From NCBI RefSeq assembly GCF_032191835.1, contig NC_083230.1:82584001-82648000 (forward strand): a stretch of 64,000 nt of DNA, read 5' to 3'. The stretch is from Heteronotia binoei. Taxonomy: Eukaryota. The position numbers were made by a program, and so were the translations under genes. Below the pieces are notes generated by a model. That model made no database searches and was not told the DNA's origin. It saw nothing but the letters and a program-made list of their open reading frames with translations. Shown here one piece after another: positions 50,917 to 63,816 of this stretch (position 1 is the first letter of the stretch; each line of letters opens with the position of its first letter).

Positions 50917-51254
50917 ATGTCACATAGTGGCCAAAACCCAAGTGCCGCATTGAAGCTTCTCTGCCCCACCAGACTGGCTCCATTTTATTGTTTACATCTG
51001 TCAAGTCATTTTCACCATCTTGGATTCATAGCCAGATATTCAATACAACACAAACAATTGCTGATTTGTTCACTAAGCATTACAGTTCTGTTTGGAAGCT
51101 GAGTGACTGGAGACAATACAAAGACCTGAACCATTTTCAGCTCTTCTTTACCTAAAAAAAACCTGCCCTAACACAAGATTGCCTAGTTAATGTTTGATTG
51201 TCTCAAGATCACCCCTCTGCTGCTCAAATGTTTGCTGTGGTCTATGGAAGGAGT

Positions 51255-51373
51255 CAGGGCTTTTTTGTTTGTTTGAGCAGGAACGCACAGGAACACAGTT
51301 CTGGCTGTGTCAGGGGGTGTGGACTAATATGCAAATGAGTTCCTGCTGGACATTTTCTACAAAAAGAGCCCTG
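51255..51373. mobile_element. CAGGGCTTTTT hAT MITE
   Basis: Perfect TSD GAAGGAGT; octamer at 51329. Confidence 0.9.
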
Positions 51374-52319
51374 GAAGGAGTTATGTCCAAAAATGAAAAA
51401 TCCACTCAGAACCAGAATACTTTCAAGAGCCTCAAAGTTCTTTTACCACAGTAATGTGCCCCAAGACATCCTGGCACCTAATGAAAAAAAAATCCAGGTA
51501 TTTCTTTTCCTCTTATCCCCAACAGGAAAAATAATATTTCCAAAGATTCCCTGAGGGCCTGATGAATGTGCATGTATGGGTCTGTACATTTGCTCATCCT
51601 GGCAGGGGTGGGGGAGTGCAGTTTAAGTTCCACAGGGCCTGTAAGACCGAACTATTCAAACTCGCCTTTAATGGTATGGGGGAGGTGGCTATTCCAAAGC
51701 AACCATTCACTCTAGGCAAACTGATCTTGATCATCTAGAGATCAACTGTAATAGTGGGAGATCTTCATGTACCACTTGGAGGGTGGCTGGCAACCCTACC
51801 CTACTTGCACCAGATATATGTAACACATAGTTTGGGCCTGTATCCACAACAAACAAGCAGCAGTTACACATTGCCAGGATAACAAAGATGATCCAAAGGA
51901 AGGGACTTGGGTATGCAAAGATTCACAAAGCACTTTAAATACAGATTTGCCAGGAACACGCCAATCAGTGGTTCTGGAAAAAGATTCGAGGCTTTCTCTG
52001 CACTGACAAAATCTGGACTTCACCCTAGTTCGTCAAACCAAGACTGCTTCTAGATAGGGTCACCAGAATGCATCCCCAGCTATGGCAGCACAAGCAAGCA
52101 GCTGGAGAGCACATTGGAACAGCACCTCCTATTCTGCCATCATTACCACTCTCTGCTGTTGCCCCGGATCAGAAGCAAGGTCCAATTTGCTAGAACCCCT
52201 GTGGGCTGGAAATGTTCCCATCCCCTACAAAGTTGCATTGCAGAGCCATACTGTAGAGTTGCATGGAACGTGTAATGATCCAGTGCAGTACAAAAGCACA
52301 AAACAAGTCCAGTCAAGGG

Positions 52320-52513
52320 CAGTGTTCTCTCTAAGCTGAGTTAGTGTGAGCTAGCGCACAGATTTTTAGCCTCCAGCTCACACATTTTTGTCTTAGCTCA
52401 GGAAGGATGACCCCAGATCACACTAGTTTATGCAGTAGCTCACAACTTTAATGCCAGTAGCTCACAAAACAGAATTTTTGCTCTCAAGAGTCTGCAGCTT
52501 AGAGGGAACATTG
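52320..52513. mobile_element. CAGTGTTCCCTCTAAG hAT MITE
   Basis: TSD gtcaaggg/gtcaagga. Confidence 0.9.
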
Positions 52514-53786
52514 GTCAAGGAATCAGAGAGAGGTGAGAGATAAGTGTACAGTAAGATTCCCCATGACTTTCTGAAAACAGAGCATAGTTCTACCCCACTC
52601 CCTGTTGAGAGGAGGGTGGAGCATCCACCATGCAGTTTCCTCTTTAAACAGGAGAAAAACAGATTTTGTTTTTGTGGGAAAGCAAAGTAGTTTCCCTAAT
52701 GACGTTGTTTTGTTCTGGGGACAGATTTCCGGGAGCAAGACTCCAAGAAGCTATTTTCAAAGAACGCAGAGTGGTGCTGCTAAAGCACTCATGTCAGGCT
52801 TCCTGCCCGAAAGAGGTTGGAAGCCCAAACAGGGGGCAGCACACACCCCAGTCCTCGCGCCATCCATCGGAGGCTTGGCAGCAGCCTTGCTTTCCCACAG
52901 TAGCGGCTCTATTACTGTTTTGGAACAGAACACTGCAGCCTCCCCCCTGCCTCCTTCTCCCTTTCAGTCTGCAGGGGTCCCTGCTTGGCAGCTCCCAGCT
53001 CCCTCTCTTCATCAATGAATGCTTGGTGATAAGCCAATCTATGCAAAAAGCATTCCTGGCTTCCCCCACCTTTAGTACAAACAGAGAGAGGGAAATCTGA
53101 CTCCGCACTTGAGTGGATGGGGGAGGGGATTCACTCTCCCCCCCCCCCCCCATTCCTCCAATTGCAATCTAATTGCGGCAAGGGAGAAAGCATTATATTT
53201 GCTGGAGGGAATCTTATTTGAGCCAAGAAGTGGACTTGTTTGTTTTTCCAGCCTTCTTTGGTTCTCCATTTCCTCCCCCTACCCAATGAGTTCTGACAAG
53301 CCCTGACATTCACCTCACCCTCAACATTATATAAGGATCCCCCCTGCTTTAAAAAAAAACCCACTAGCAACAAACAGTTATGAGTTTAGCCAAACCATGA
53401 GGGAGAGACTAATTTATCCCAGGCCGAGGTGATACAACCCAAAGGATTCACCTGGTCTACTGTGGCTGGGATACTCTACCAGGGTTGTGAGCTCTGGGGT
53501 TAGGAAACTCTTGGAGATTTTGGGGCCAAGCCTGGAGTGGACAGAGTTTGGTGAAGAGAGGGGACTCATCAGCAGGAATGTGGTGACATAAGAGTGCACC
53601 CTTTGAAGCTGCCAGCTTTATCCAGGGGAACTTGAACGCTGTAGCCTGGAGATCAGTTGTACTTCTGGAGACCAACTGTAATTCTGGAAGAACTCCATGC
53701 CCCACCTCCCAGTAATGCCCTTCAAACAAAGTTAGACTCCAGTGGCATCTTTAAGGCCAACAAAGTTTAATTATGAGTGCCCTAAG

Positions 53787-53978
53787 CAATACTCCCTCTA
53801 AGCTGTTGAGTCTTGTGAGCAAAAATTCTTCTTTGTGAGCTACTGACATTAAAGTTGTGAGCTACTGCATAAATTAGCTTGGTCTGGGGCCATTTTTTCT
53901 GAGTTAAGACAAAAATGTGTGCACCGGAAGCTAAAAAACTGAACTAGTTCACACTAACTCAGCTCAGAGGGAACACTG
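53787..53978. mobile_element. CAGTGTTCCCTCTAAG hAT MITE
   Basis: Perfect TSD GCCCTAAG. Confidence 0.9.
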
Positions 53979-54869
53979 GCCCTAAGTCATTTATCCTTAA
54001 TGGCAGAGAGAGACCTAACCGATACCATCATCAACAACATTTATATCACTGCCTTGAGTGCCATTTAAAACAGAAAGGGAGGATAACCATCTTCCAAATA
54101 AACAAAGTATACAAGATAAGTGTTTAGTAGTTGCTCCACAATACAGACAGGAACAACATATTCTGAAAAGAGGAGCACACTTTCCAGATGTAAAACAAAC
54201 ATATATTCACAACAAGCAACATTTGGCAGATTTTTAAAAACATGGTACTTTCTCTATTCTTTTAGAGGAAAAGGAAAGGATAGCTCATGTTGGCACATGA
54301 GCTGAAGGCCCTGGTTGAAGAAACCCAGCAAAGATTCAAGTGGAGTGCATGTAAGGTGGTAACATATCAGTTTCTTCATGCCAAGGAGAGCTACTTCCTG
54401 GTCTAGGATCTCCCCACCCCCAAGTGTATAGTGGTGGTGGGGGCTAGTTGTCATACTTAAGACCAACATGATGATTAGGTGATCTGAAAACCTCCCACAG
54501 GCAATGAGATTGAAGTGCAACTTAGGAACAAGAAAGCTTATCTGTCCCTAAGCCCTGACCTCACTGACAGTGTAGCCAAAGTGCCTCCCAGAGAGTCAGC
54601 TGCGCACACGCCCAAATTGCACTCCCACAGTCTGCAGCTGTTGGAATTACTTTCCTGTCATTGCTGGTGGAAGGTGTGGACTAGGGGACCACACCCCCAA
54701 GGAGAAAAGGCATGCAGGGGGCAGGAGGGCCAAGGCTGGCTCCATTCATATAAAGAACTCACCACCTGAGCTTAAAGTCAGTTTTGCCCTATTGACTTTA
54801 GAGGGATGGGATCAGTCAAGGGCTTAATTGCACTCAGTGAACTGAGCTGTTGGCTATGGATCAGAATTA

Positions 54870-55290
54870 AAAGACTAACATCTTAGGGGAAAAGACAGAG
54901 GCTTATAAAATGATGTGTGGTGTGGGAAAAGTGGAGAGCTTTCTCTCTCTCTTCCCCCCTAAGACTAGAACCAGGGAACACCCCATGAAACTGATGTGCA
55001 GGATATTCAGGACAGAGAAAAGAAAAATACTTTTCCACAACATTAATTCAGGGAACTTGCCACCATAGAATACGGCATATGATGAAGGAAGCTTTGATTC
55101 TCAAAAGCTTACACCTCAAAAAATCTTGTTGGCTTCTAGATTTGAACCTAACAGGATGTAGTGATTTGCTCAAGTTTTGATAGCTTTAAAAAGCAAATAG
55201 ACAAATTTATACATAATGGCTATTAACTAGAATGGCCAAATTGAACCTCAGTATTCAGAGGCAGCTTATCTCTGAACAGCAGTTGCTGGA
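54870..55290 (+). mobile_element. Old CR1 3' fragment with a Penelope-like insert
   Basis: Decayed similarity to the RTRGHPMKL...FRTEKRK region. Confidence 0.6.
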
Positions 55291-58200
55291 AAGGGCAACA
55301 ACTGGGATGCCAGAGCCTTCTTTGTCCCCAATGGGGGACTTTGGGGGGCATTCCTGGAGAGGAGGGAACATTCCCCAACGCAATAATGATATAACACAGA
55401 AGTGACATCATCACGTTGGGGACCAGGACCCTGCACACCTGAAGTCCAAGTAGCAAATCTGACACTGGAGTTCAAGTTATGAGCCCCCCTCCCTCCCGGC
55501 TTCTTCCACATTGGGGCTATCATCCATAGCAAGAAGGCAAGATTTTGGCCACTATGGAAGGAGGACAATGGGCCATTGACTGATCCTCTTATTAATCAAA
55601 TAGATTAAACCAATTCTCCTTGTTGCTGCCTCAAGTAGTCTCCAAAAAAGCGTCATTACAAATTTATGGCCTCTTCAGGAAAATAGTAACTGTAGCTACA
55701 ATAAAAATTCTACTAGGCACTGTTGTCTTTGATACAGGGAGGCTCATTTATACTCTAGAATAGGGGTTCCCATCCTGTGGCCCATCCCCAAGCCTTTTCT
55801 GTGCGGCACTCCAACTTGTTTGTTTGCTGCTATCACCCTCAATGCATTTTCCTTAAGACCTACATTGTTCTTCCTGCCTCAGGAGGCCCCATCTACTGCC
55901 ATTCTTCTTGTCCCTTTCACACAAAAAACACAAGAGCAACATACGGTAATTTATTCTTGTTGGCATGGTTCCTTCTGTCAGCCGCCTTCTGGTCTTATCC
56001 TCTACACCAACATTTTGGCCATTCTGGGTGGTCTGCTAGCCAAAAAAGTGCAGGTACCCATACCACTCAGCTTTTTCACACTCCCTCTACATGCATTACC
56101 ATGTTGACAGCTACGTATGTGTGTGAGGAAGATAAAGCAGCTATATGAATGGGTACAGGGGATGTCTGGCCTGCTTTTGCTGAAAAAGTGGGGAAGGGAC
56201 AGTAAAAGGGGTGCTATTTTGGGGATGGGGGGAGAGATACGAAGTGTTTTGCATACCAAACATTTCTAGAGGCTCCTCCAAGTGGCTTCCAAGGTTACTG
56301 GTGAGGTTGCTGCTGCAGACAAAAGCATTTTTCCTTTCTCAACAAGAGCTGGTTGCTCTGACTTCTTGCCTTGCTTGCTCCTCCCACATCCACTCCAGCT
56401 AGGAGTCTTCTCATGCATCTGTGATTGCAAGAGCCTGTGAGTGGCCCCTTGGGTACAGAGGGAAAAAGTACTCTTAGCCAGGAAGCTTATGGGATTCCCC
56501 TTCCCACATCTTCCTCCAGTCAAGTTCCCTTGCCCACAGCTGCCATTTTGCTTCTCATGATTCAGGCTTGGCTGGCAAGCAGTGATGTGTATGTGCACCC
56601 TGCATAGAATTTGAAGCCAACTTAAAGGCATATCCTGTGCTTCAGGTGAGAGGCTGCTCTTTCATTTGCTCTTTCTCTCTAACTGCCCTTTTTTGGAGGG
56701 CTCCCAATTTTTAAAGTATTAAAATATGTAGATTTAAACTTCCAGTCAATGTGTTTATTAAGAAATAAACCTTATAGTATTCAATGTACTTAGGATTGCA
56801 ACTCTGCCATCTGGTAGGTCAGATTCATGATCCTTTTTAAAAAAATTCTTCCTAGCCTGTGCATATGGGCCAATATACCTGGAAAATTTAGTAGATAGGG
56901 AGGTAGGGGTCTCTTCTTTGCCATGGTTGAAATGAAAATCCCCAGCTAATAGCAGCTAGAGTAGGGTGGATCTGATGGGAAAGGGAAGAGTTGGGCCCCT
57001 AAAATTATATTTGTCATATTTTTATTCATTTATTATATTAAAACTCTGTACCTGCCACTCTGCTAAAAATTCTGTAAGATGTCTGCAAAAGAAAGTGCTG
57101 TTTCAAAGACACAAAAATTTGAAGATGAGCACAGTGTCTTTAATGACAAATGGACTACTGAGTACTTTTTTGTTTTGAACGATAAAGCAGTTAGCCTGAT
57201 ATGTCTTGAAACAGTATTAAAGGAGAACCATGTTAAAAAGCATGTCTGAGTCCTATCACAAGAACTACTCAATATATCAAGGAGAGATGCAAGTTAATAA
57301 GATAAAGCAAAATAGTTTAGAAAGCACGTTGAAGAGAACCTGTATACTGTGAGGGTCAGCTATCATGTTTGCTAAATGCGTTCATTGCTAAGAGTTGGTA
57401 GACTGATGGTGAATTTGTTTAAAAGTTCATGGTTAAATAATGGAGGAAACGTGCCCTAATAAGATATCTTGTGTTCGTTGTGTCAGTTCATTTTATCTGC
57501 ATCTACAGATCACCAAGTGAGTTAAACTACTAGGGGAAGAGCTGCATATGTTACTTAATGTCATGGCAAAAAGTTATGATTTTTTCCCCTTTGAAATCAG
57601 ATGAAAGCAATGACACTGTAGACACTACTCAGCTACTAATTTTTATCAGGGGAATAGATTCCAACTTCAGAATTACAGGACAATTATGTGCACTGCAGAG
57701 TTTGAAAGGCACTACAACTGCAGAAAACATTCTTCTACTGATTTACACACCTTCAAAATCTTGGTCTGAGTCAGGATAATTTCAAAAGCATCACAACTGA
57801 TGGTGCAAGAAATATGATGGGAAGTAAAACTGGTATAGTTGCAAGAATCAATGAAGAAAATGAAGCAATATTGAAATTAAATGGTACACTTCCCATGCAA
57901 TTTCACTGTATCACCAATCACAGCAAACCTTGTGTACTAAGATTCTTCAGAGGGAAAGTGTGATGTGTATCATTGTATCCAGAATTAATTACATCAGGCA
58001 TCATGCTCTCATTCACCATCAGTTTCAAAAGTTTCTTTCAGAAACAGATGCAGAATATGGATATGTATTGTACCACGCAGAAGTTAGATAGCTTAACAGA
58101 GGCAAAGTCCTCAAATTTTTTTTTTCAGCCTTCATCATGAAATAGAAGTCTTTCTCAAAGAGAAAAGAAAAGGTCAAGAAGTGCTTTCTGACCCTGGATG

Positions 58201-58403
58201 GATTTTTGATTTGACTTTCTTAACTGGTATCACAGAGCATCTGAACACATTGAATCTAAGTTTGCAGGGGAAAGGAAGGATTAAGTGAGGCATATTGTGA
58301 CCTGAAAGCTTCTGAAGCAAAACCAAACATTTTTGTGAAGCAAGTTAGTGAAGATAACTTTTCAAACTTCTCATGCTGCAATGGACTAAAATTTGAGAAG
58401 GTC

Positions 58404-58561
58404 TCTCGGCTTGGCTTCGCGAACGAAGATTTAAGAAGGGTGCAATAGTCCACGTTTGCTGCAGGCTCGCTGGTGGCTGACAAGACCAATGTGGGACAGG
58501 CAGGTCCGGCCACAGCGGCTGCAGGGAAAAGTCTGATTTAGGGTTGGTCCTGTAGCAGTGC
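58404..58561 (-). mobile_element. RTE-clade LINE extreme 3' fragment inside the transposase
   Basis: Ends ...TTCGCGAAGCCAAGCC on the minus strand; flanked by direct repeat GAAGGTC; CpG-rich relative to host. Confidence 0.65.
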
Positions 58562-58762
58562 GAAGGTCAGGAATTTACAATTCAATGTTGAAAGACACAT
58601 CAGAGCACTAAACCTACTGCAGGTGGAATTCCAGAAAAAATTCACTGATTGTCATAAGCATGGAAAGGAAATAAGAATGTTTCAGAATCCATTTGAAGTA
58701 GTACCAGAAGATGCAAGTAACTTTTTTTCAGATTACACCAATTGATTTGTGAGCCAGTAATC

Positions 58763-59062
58763 TCAGGTAGCAGCCCTGTGGCGCAAAGTGGCAAAGCTGC
58801 AATATTGCAGTCAGAGCCCTCTGCTCATGACCTGAGTTCAATCCCGGCGGAAGCTGGTTTCAGGTAGCCGGCTCAGGTTGACTCAGCCTTCCATCCTTCC
58901 AAGGTCGGTAAAATAAGGACCCAGCTTGCTGGGGGGAAAGTGTAGATGACTGGGGAAGGCAAAGGCAAACCACTCCATAAAAACTCTGCCATGAAAACGT
59001 TGTGAAAGCAACACCACCCCAGAGTCGGAAACGACTGGTGCTTGCACAGAGGACTACCTTTT
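58763..59062 (+). mobile_element. Sauria SINE, full length, inside the transposase
   Basis: Same family as 24070-24371; short TSD TAATC. Confidence 0.9.
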
Positions 59063-59764
59063 TAATCATCTCAGAGATATTTACAAAGAAAATAGTCTGT
59101 AAGATTTCTATTCTGGTCTACCTGATGTATTTACCAAATCTAAAGAAATTTGCTGCAGGCATGTTCACAGTCTTTGGCACCACATACATCTATGAACAAA
59201 CTTTTTCCAAGATGAAAATTGTGAAAAACAAGTGTAGGTCATGACTTATGGATGAGCATTTATATGACATTTTAGGGGTATCTGTCACAATCTTTGATTG
59301 GACATTAATGCCTTGGATAAGAGAAAAAAGCCACAAAAAGCACAATGACTGGGAAAGCATGTGTAGCTAGGCAAAAGGATTATGTAGTAAAATATTGCTC
59401 CAAAATGGATTGCATTCAAGTTCACATTTCTTCATTGACCTCTGAATGTTTACTTTTGATCTAAATAGGTAGGTTAATAATTTTGTTATATTTTGATTTA
59501 AGATATGGCCCTCTTTAGGCATTGGGCACTCTAATGCAGCCCCCATTTGCCGGAAGGTTAGGGACTCCTACTCCAGAGATCTTGCCCAACCCTAAAGCTG
59601 TCTGATTACCTCACATGACTGTGACATAATAAGTACTACACGCTCAGTGCATGCATTTCAGTCTCCATGCATTTGTGGAATATGAGCTACCAAAGAAGAA
59701 ACAAGATCACTGACAACCAACAAAACACAGGGGAATGAACTTCCACTCAGCGTGGGGGGGGAGG

Positions 59765-59857
59765 TATTTGTGGATTCCCTGCATTGTGCTGGGGGTTGGA
59801 CAAGATGACCCTGGAGATCTCATCCAACTCTATGATTCTATAAGTCTATGATTCTAA
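59765..59857 (+). mobile_element. CR1 3' end with TTCTATGA-type tail
   Basis: gggttggacaagatgaccctggagatctcatccaactctatgattcta. Confidence 0.75.
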
Positions 59858-62800
59858 GTAGATCTGGATTGCAGTGTTTGAACCATCAAGCCACTGATCT
59901 GTACTGACTGGCCGCCCCAGTGATAAACTGTCCATTCTAGTGGTCAAGTTTTATCTTTTCTTGCTGTTGTTTCTCCAATTATATTACAGTTTACATGTCA
60001 ACTGTAAGAATCAAAGAATACTTCTTCCACAGCTTCTTCCAGAGAGCCCCCTGGACAGTCATGAAATACACAATTAAAATAACTGCATTTGAAAAATATC
60101 ACCAGAAAAAAAAAAAAGAATGATTACAGTCCTGCTACATTTCTGAAAGCAAAAATGTTGTCGGTCAGTCTGTCTGTCTCACACAGACACACAAAAACTA
60201 TATTAGTATACTGATAAGGATTGCCAACCTCCAGGTGGCACCTGGAGATTTCCCACTATTACAATTGATCTCCGGGAGACAGCAATCAATTTTCCCTGGA
60301 AAAAATGGCTGCTGGGGGGGGGGGGACTCTATTGCATTAGACCTGCTAAGACCCCTCCCCACCCCCCAAAAAAATCACCAGGTATTTTTCAACTTCTATT
60401 TGACCATTCCCTTGACCTTAAGCAAACTTTGATTCTTACTAACTCCTCCAGGAAATCCCCTCCTTGGAAAATCAGGAAAGTCCAGTGCAATTCAAAATTA
60501 GTCTAGTCACTCTCCAAAGTACAACAGCACGTTCATGTCTTTCTACAACAGACCAAGAGCTGCTTCATGCACTACCAGCAGCAAGAAAGAAAATATGTTG
60601 TCAAGTGGTTGAAGGGCAGGGTTTTTTTTCTGGGGGAGCACAGAGTTTCGGAACCTCTTAATAGAAAAAAAATTCTCAAAAAATGTTCAAACGTTCATGA
60701 GGGGCACCTGTGTGGTTCTCCTTCATTTCCCTCTTGAGAGTTCCGGCACTTTTTCCCAGAAAAAAGACCCTGCTAAGTAAGGAGCCTGTGCATGTCTGGC
60801 AAATGGAAAGCTCAGTTGGACCTAAGCATGTATTTGCTGCTGGTTTTCAGGTATATAAATGTCCTTTTTTGCAGAAACTGTGGTCCCATTGTGGTCAAGA
60901 TGGAGGCAAAAATCTGTTTGTGCTGTGCAGTATGTAAAGCAGCTCAGCACAGCTGCTCCTCCAGCAGACAGCAACTTCGTCACTCTACCTGTCTTGGCTG
61001 CAATCCACCCACCAATTAAACGGCTTCATTAAAAGCCAGCAGGAAATCTAAGCCTCCTGGAGTACTACAAAATTGCATCAAAAAACAGTGGGCTCAAATG
61101 GTATCCATTGCACTTTTTGCCACTAAAAGCACAGCAGTGATAAAACACTACTACATACAAAGGGCAGGATCAAGTTCTTTCACAATATCCATCCCATTAT
61201 AAGAGCCACAAATGCCATCTTATGCATACTGTTCAGGTTACTCCTACTCCCATGCAATGCTGGATTTCTCCTGTTTGGGAACTCACTGAATAACTTTTAC
61301 TGTCACTCAGGTAGACAGGTAGAGGGGCGGATATGCAAATGGATAGCAAAACTACTCTAACCAACTGCTGGGAGGGGGAAAAAATCACCAGCACTGAATA
61401 GCACTATGCCCAGCACTTCCAGGAAACTGCAAGGCATTGTTCCATTTCACAAACTGTCTATGAATTATGGAAAGGCTGTTGAATTATGCAGAAGCTTTCC
61501 TGTCATTCTCCAGGCCATTCCAAATGCAGGTGTGGTCACAAAACCACCCCAGGGAACTGCTGATCGATCGAGATACGTGTGAATCTCAAAATACAGGAAC
61601 CCACGAACACATGCAAGAAACAGACTACCTAAATACACTTGTAAAGGGATTACATTCCCCTGAACACAACAGGGTCACACAGATAACCCTGGACAGAGAG
61701 TTGTGCTGCCTGGATGTGGCAAACTAAGATGCCTCCTAGCAGTTCAGTTCTAGTATTGAAGGTGGTGGTAGAGCTTGACCAGTTATAGCTTGTTTAGCTT
61801 TGGGGTTGGATTACACATGAACTATACCGTGCATTCTAATTCGTAGCTCACCACCTAGTCTGAGGCCCTCTCAAACGATGCAGAAGAGAATGGTCCCCAC
61901 ATTTCTAGCACAAGTTGACTGCATCTTTCTTATAATGCTTGCAGGTTATTTGCATACCTGAAAATACTGAGTGTGCATGTTTCCCACAAGCCAGTAATTC
62001 TCAAGAGCCTATTTAGAGCTGCAAAGAATGGGGGTTGGGTTGTGTAGGGAAACAAAATGCCACGGATCTTGATCACTCAGGGAGTCCACAGATCTGGCTA
62101 TATTCTGCAATTTGGCTTCATCCATATGGAGGTTCTTTCTCACCATGGATCTCAAACTGCAATGGGGGGGAGGAGGGAAGTACCCATACAACATCATCCT
62201 TCCATCATCTGCTTACCAGGTTTTCCCCATCCTCAACATGTTCTCTCTCAAACCTGGTTTAGTATGATCTTTCCAGAAAAAACTCAGTCCAAGCATGTTA
62301 GCAAATAATCGGACAGGAAGGTGCATTTTTTTTTTAAGATCCCAGCTACATTAACCCCATTTTCCTTGCTTCAGCGCCCCCACGTACATGGCAACCATTT
62401 TCCTCTGGCACCTCTGAATGCAGTGAAACTGGTAACTCATGGATTAAAGTGGGCACAAAACTCTTGTGTGTGGATACTCCAATGCCAGTACAAATACTCC
62501 TGCATTCACAGCACCAATGACAGAGAAACCGAAACTCCCTCATTACATGGATATAGCCAGTGTTTGGACTGGATACATGTGGTGTCCAGGGAGCCCAGAG
62601 GGAGTCTGAGAGCCCGTGATAGTTCTCGGCAACCCTGATTGCATCATTGACAGTTGGAAACTTTTCAGTATCAGCCAAACAGACTTAATGACTTTAGGCC
62701 TATTCCACTGTATTATTTGAACTTCCTGTTCTGCAAAGAGAGCTAGTCAAACTTCATCTTCTTCTAGCCAAGAAGAAATCTAATTAAGCAGCCATGTCTG

Positions 62801-63816
62801 CTCATGGTCTCAACTACTGAGCATGAAGAGCCCAGAACAATGAATAAGAGAATTTTGTACAGCTTGAACACTTGCTACCACTTGGTCCAATAAACTTTGT
62901 AACAGGAGAAATCAGTTACCGCTTGCACAGATCTCTTAGAGGCATTGAAGCCCTATGCTGTGTGGAATCGTGAAACTCCACTTCCAGTAGTTTCTGAACA
63001 AAACTCTATTGGCAGGGCCTGTTAATAAAATATTTGGAAACCCACTGAGTCAGCTTAAGGACAGAGGGGCTAATTTGATCAGGGAAGCAGGTATTGTCAG
63101 GTGCTTAACCCTCTCCCACATACATTACTCCAACCTAAATCAAATCCATACATTTGTTACTAGCTTTGCTGGGGGAGGGAGTATAAGTACCTGCATTTAT
63201 TCCTCCTAGCAGGACTAAAAGCTTGAGGAAAGAGAAATTTAGTTGATAAAATAGTACAAGGGAGAAAGGCTAATTCCCATCACCACCACGGCTGCTTTCA
63301 AGTAAGGAAAAAGACATCATCATATTACAAATGTATGAGGCTGCCAAGTACAAAGACAGAACTTTGGGGCATCAACTCAGCACTGTCCCTTCTGACTGGC
63401 GACAGCACCTAAACAGAGAAACATGAGATGCTTAAATTGGGTGCACAAGAAAACTTTTGGCTATATTGTGGTTCAAAAACAAAAAAAAGGCAGAGGTTTC
63501 AGATTCCAACATCTCAGTCTCTTTATCTGCTAAACAGGAGTTTGATATATAGTGTGGAGGACAACGCTGGCCCAAGGGCACTGCCACTACATCACTGCGG
63601 AGAGAAGACTTTCTAAACACCCAGTACACAGTATCCCATTGGGAATGCTAGGGGCTGATCTTTAAATGCTCTCACCTGCAGCCCCTCACCCCAAAATCAA
63701 ATCTGGTTTTGACCCTCACAGTCTGAGATTCCAGAGATGTCACAACTGAATTTAGTACCATTTTGCTAAACTGGGAGAGGGAAGTCCATGGAAATACCAA
63801 TTAAGTAGATGCACTC

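Larger units (their letters stand above)
57079..59348 (+). pseudogene. hAT transposase pseudogene (SPIN/GTF2IRD2-like)
   Basis: VFNDKWTTEYFFV..KAVSLICLE, DESNDTVDTTQLLIFIRG, LQSLKGTTT, TTDGARNM, LYHAEVR*LNRGKVL, LNLSLQGKG, FQNPF, FGTTYIYEQTFSKMK; many stops and frameshifts. Confidence 0.9.
55761..59570 (+). mobile_element. Full-length decayed autonomous hAT (Charlie/Buster, SPIN-related)
   Basis: Ends TAGGGGTTCCCATCCT / AGGTTAGGGACTCCTA; TSD ctctagaa/ctccagag (Charlie NTCTAGAN target); internal transposase remnants. Confidence 0.8.
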
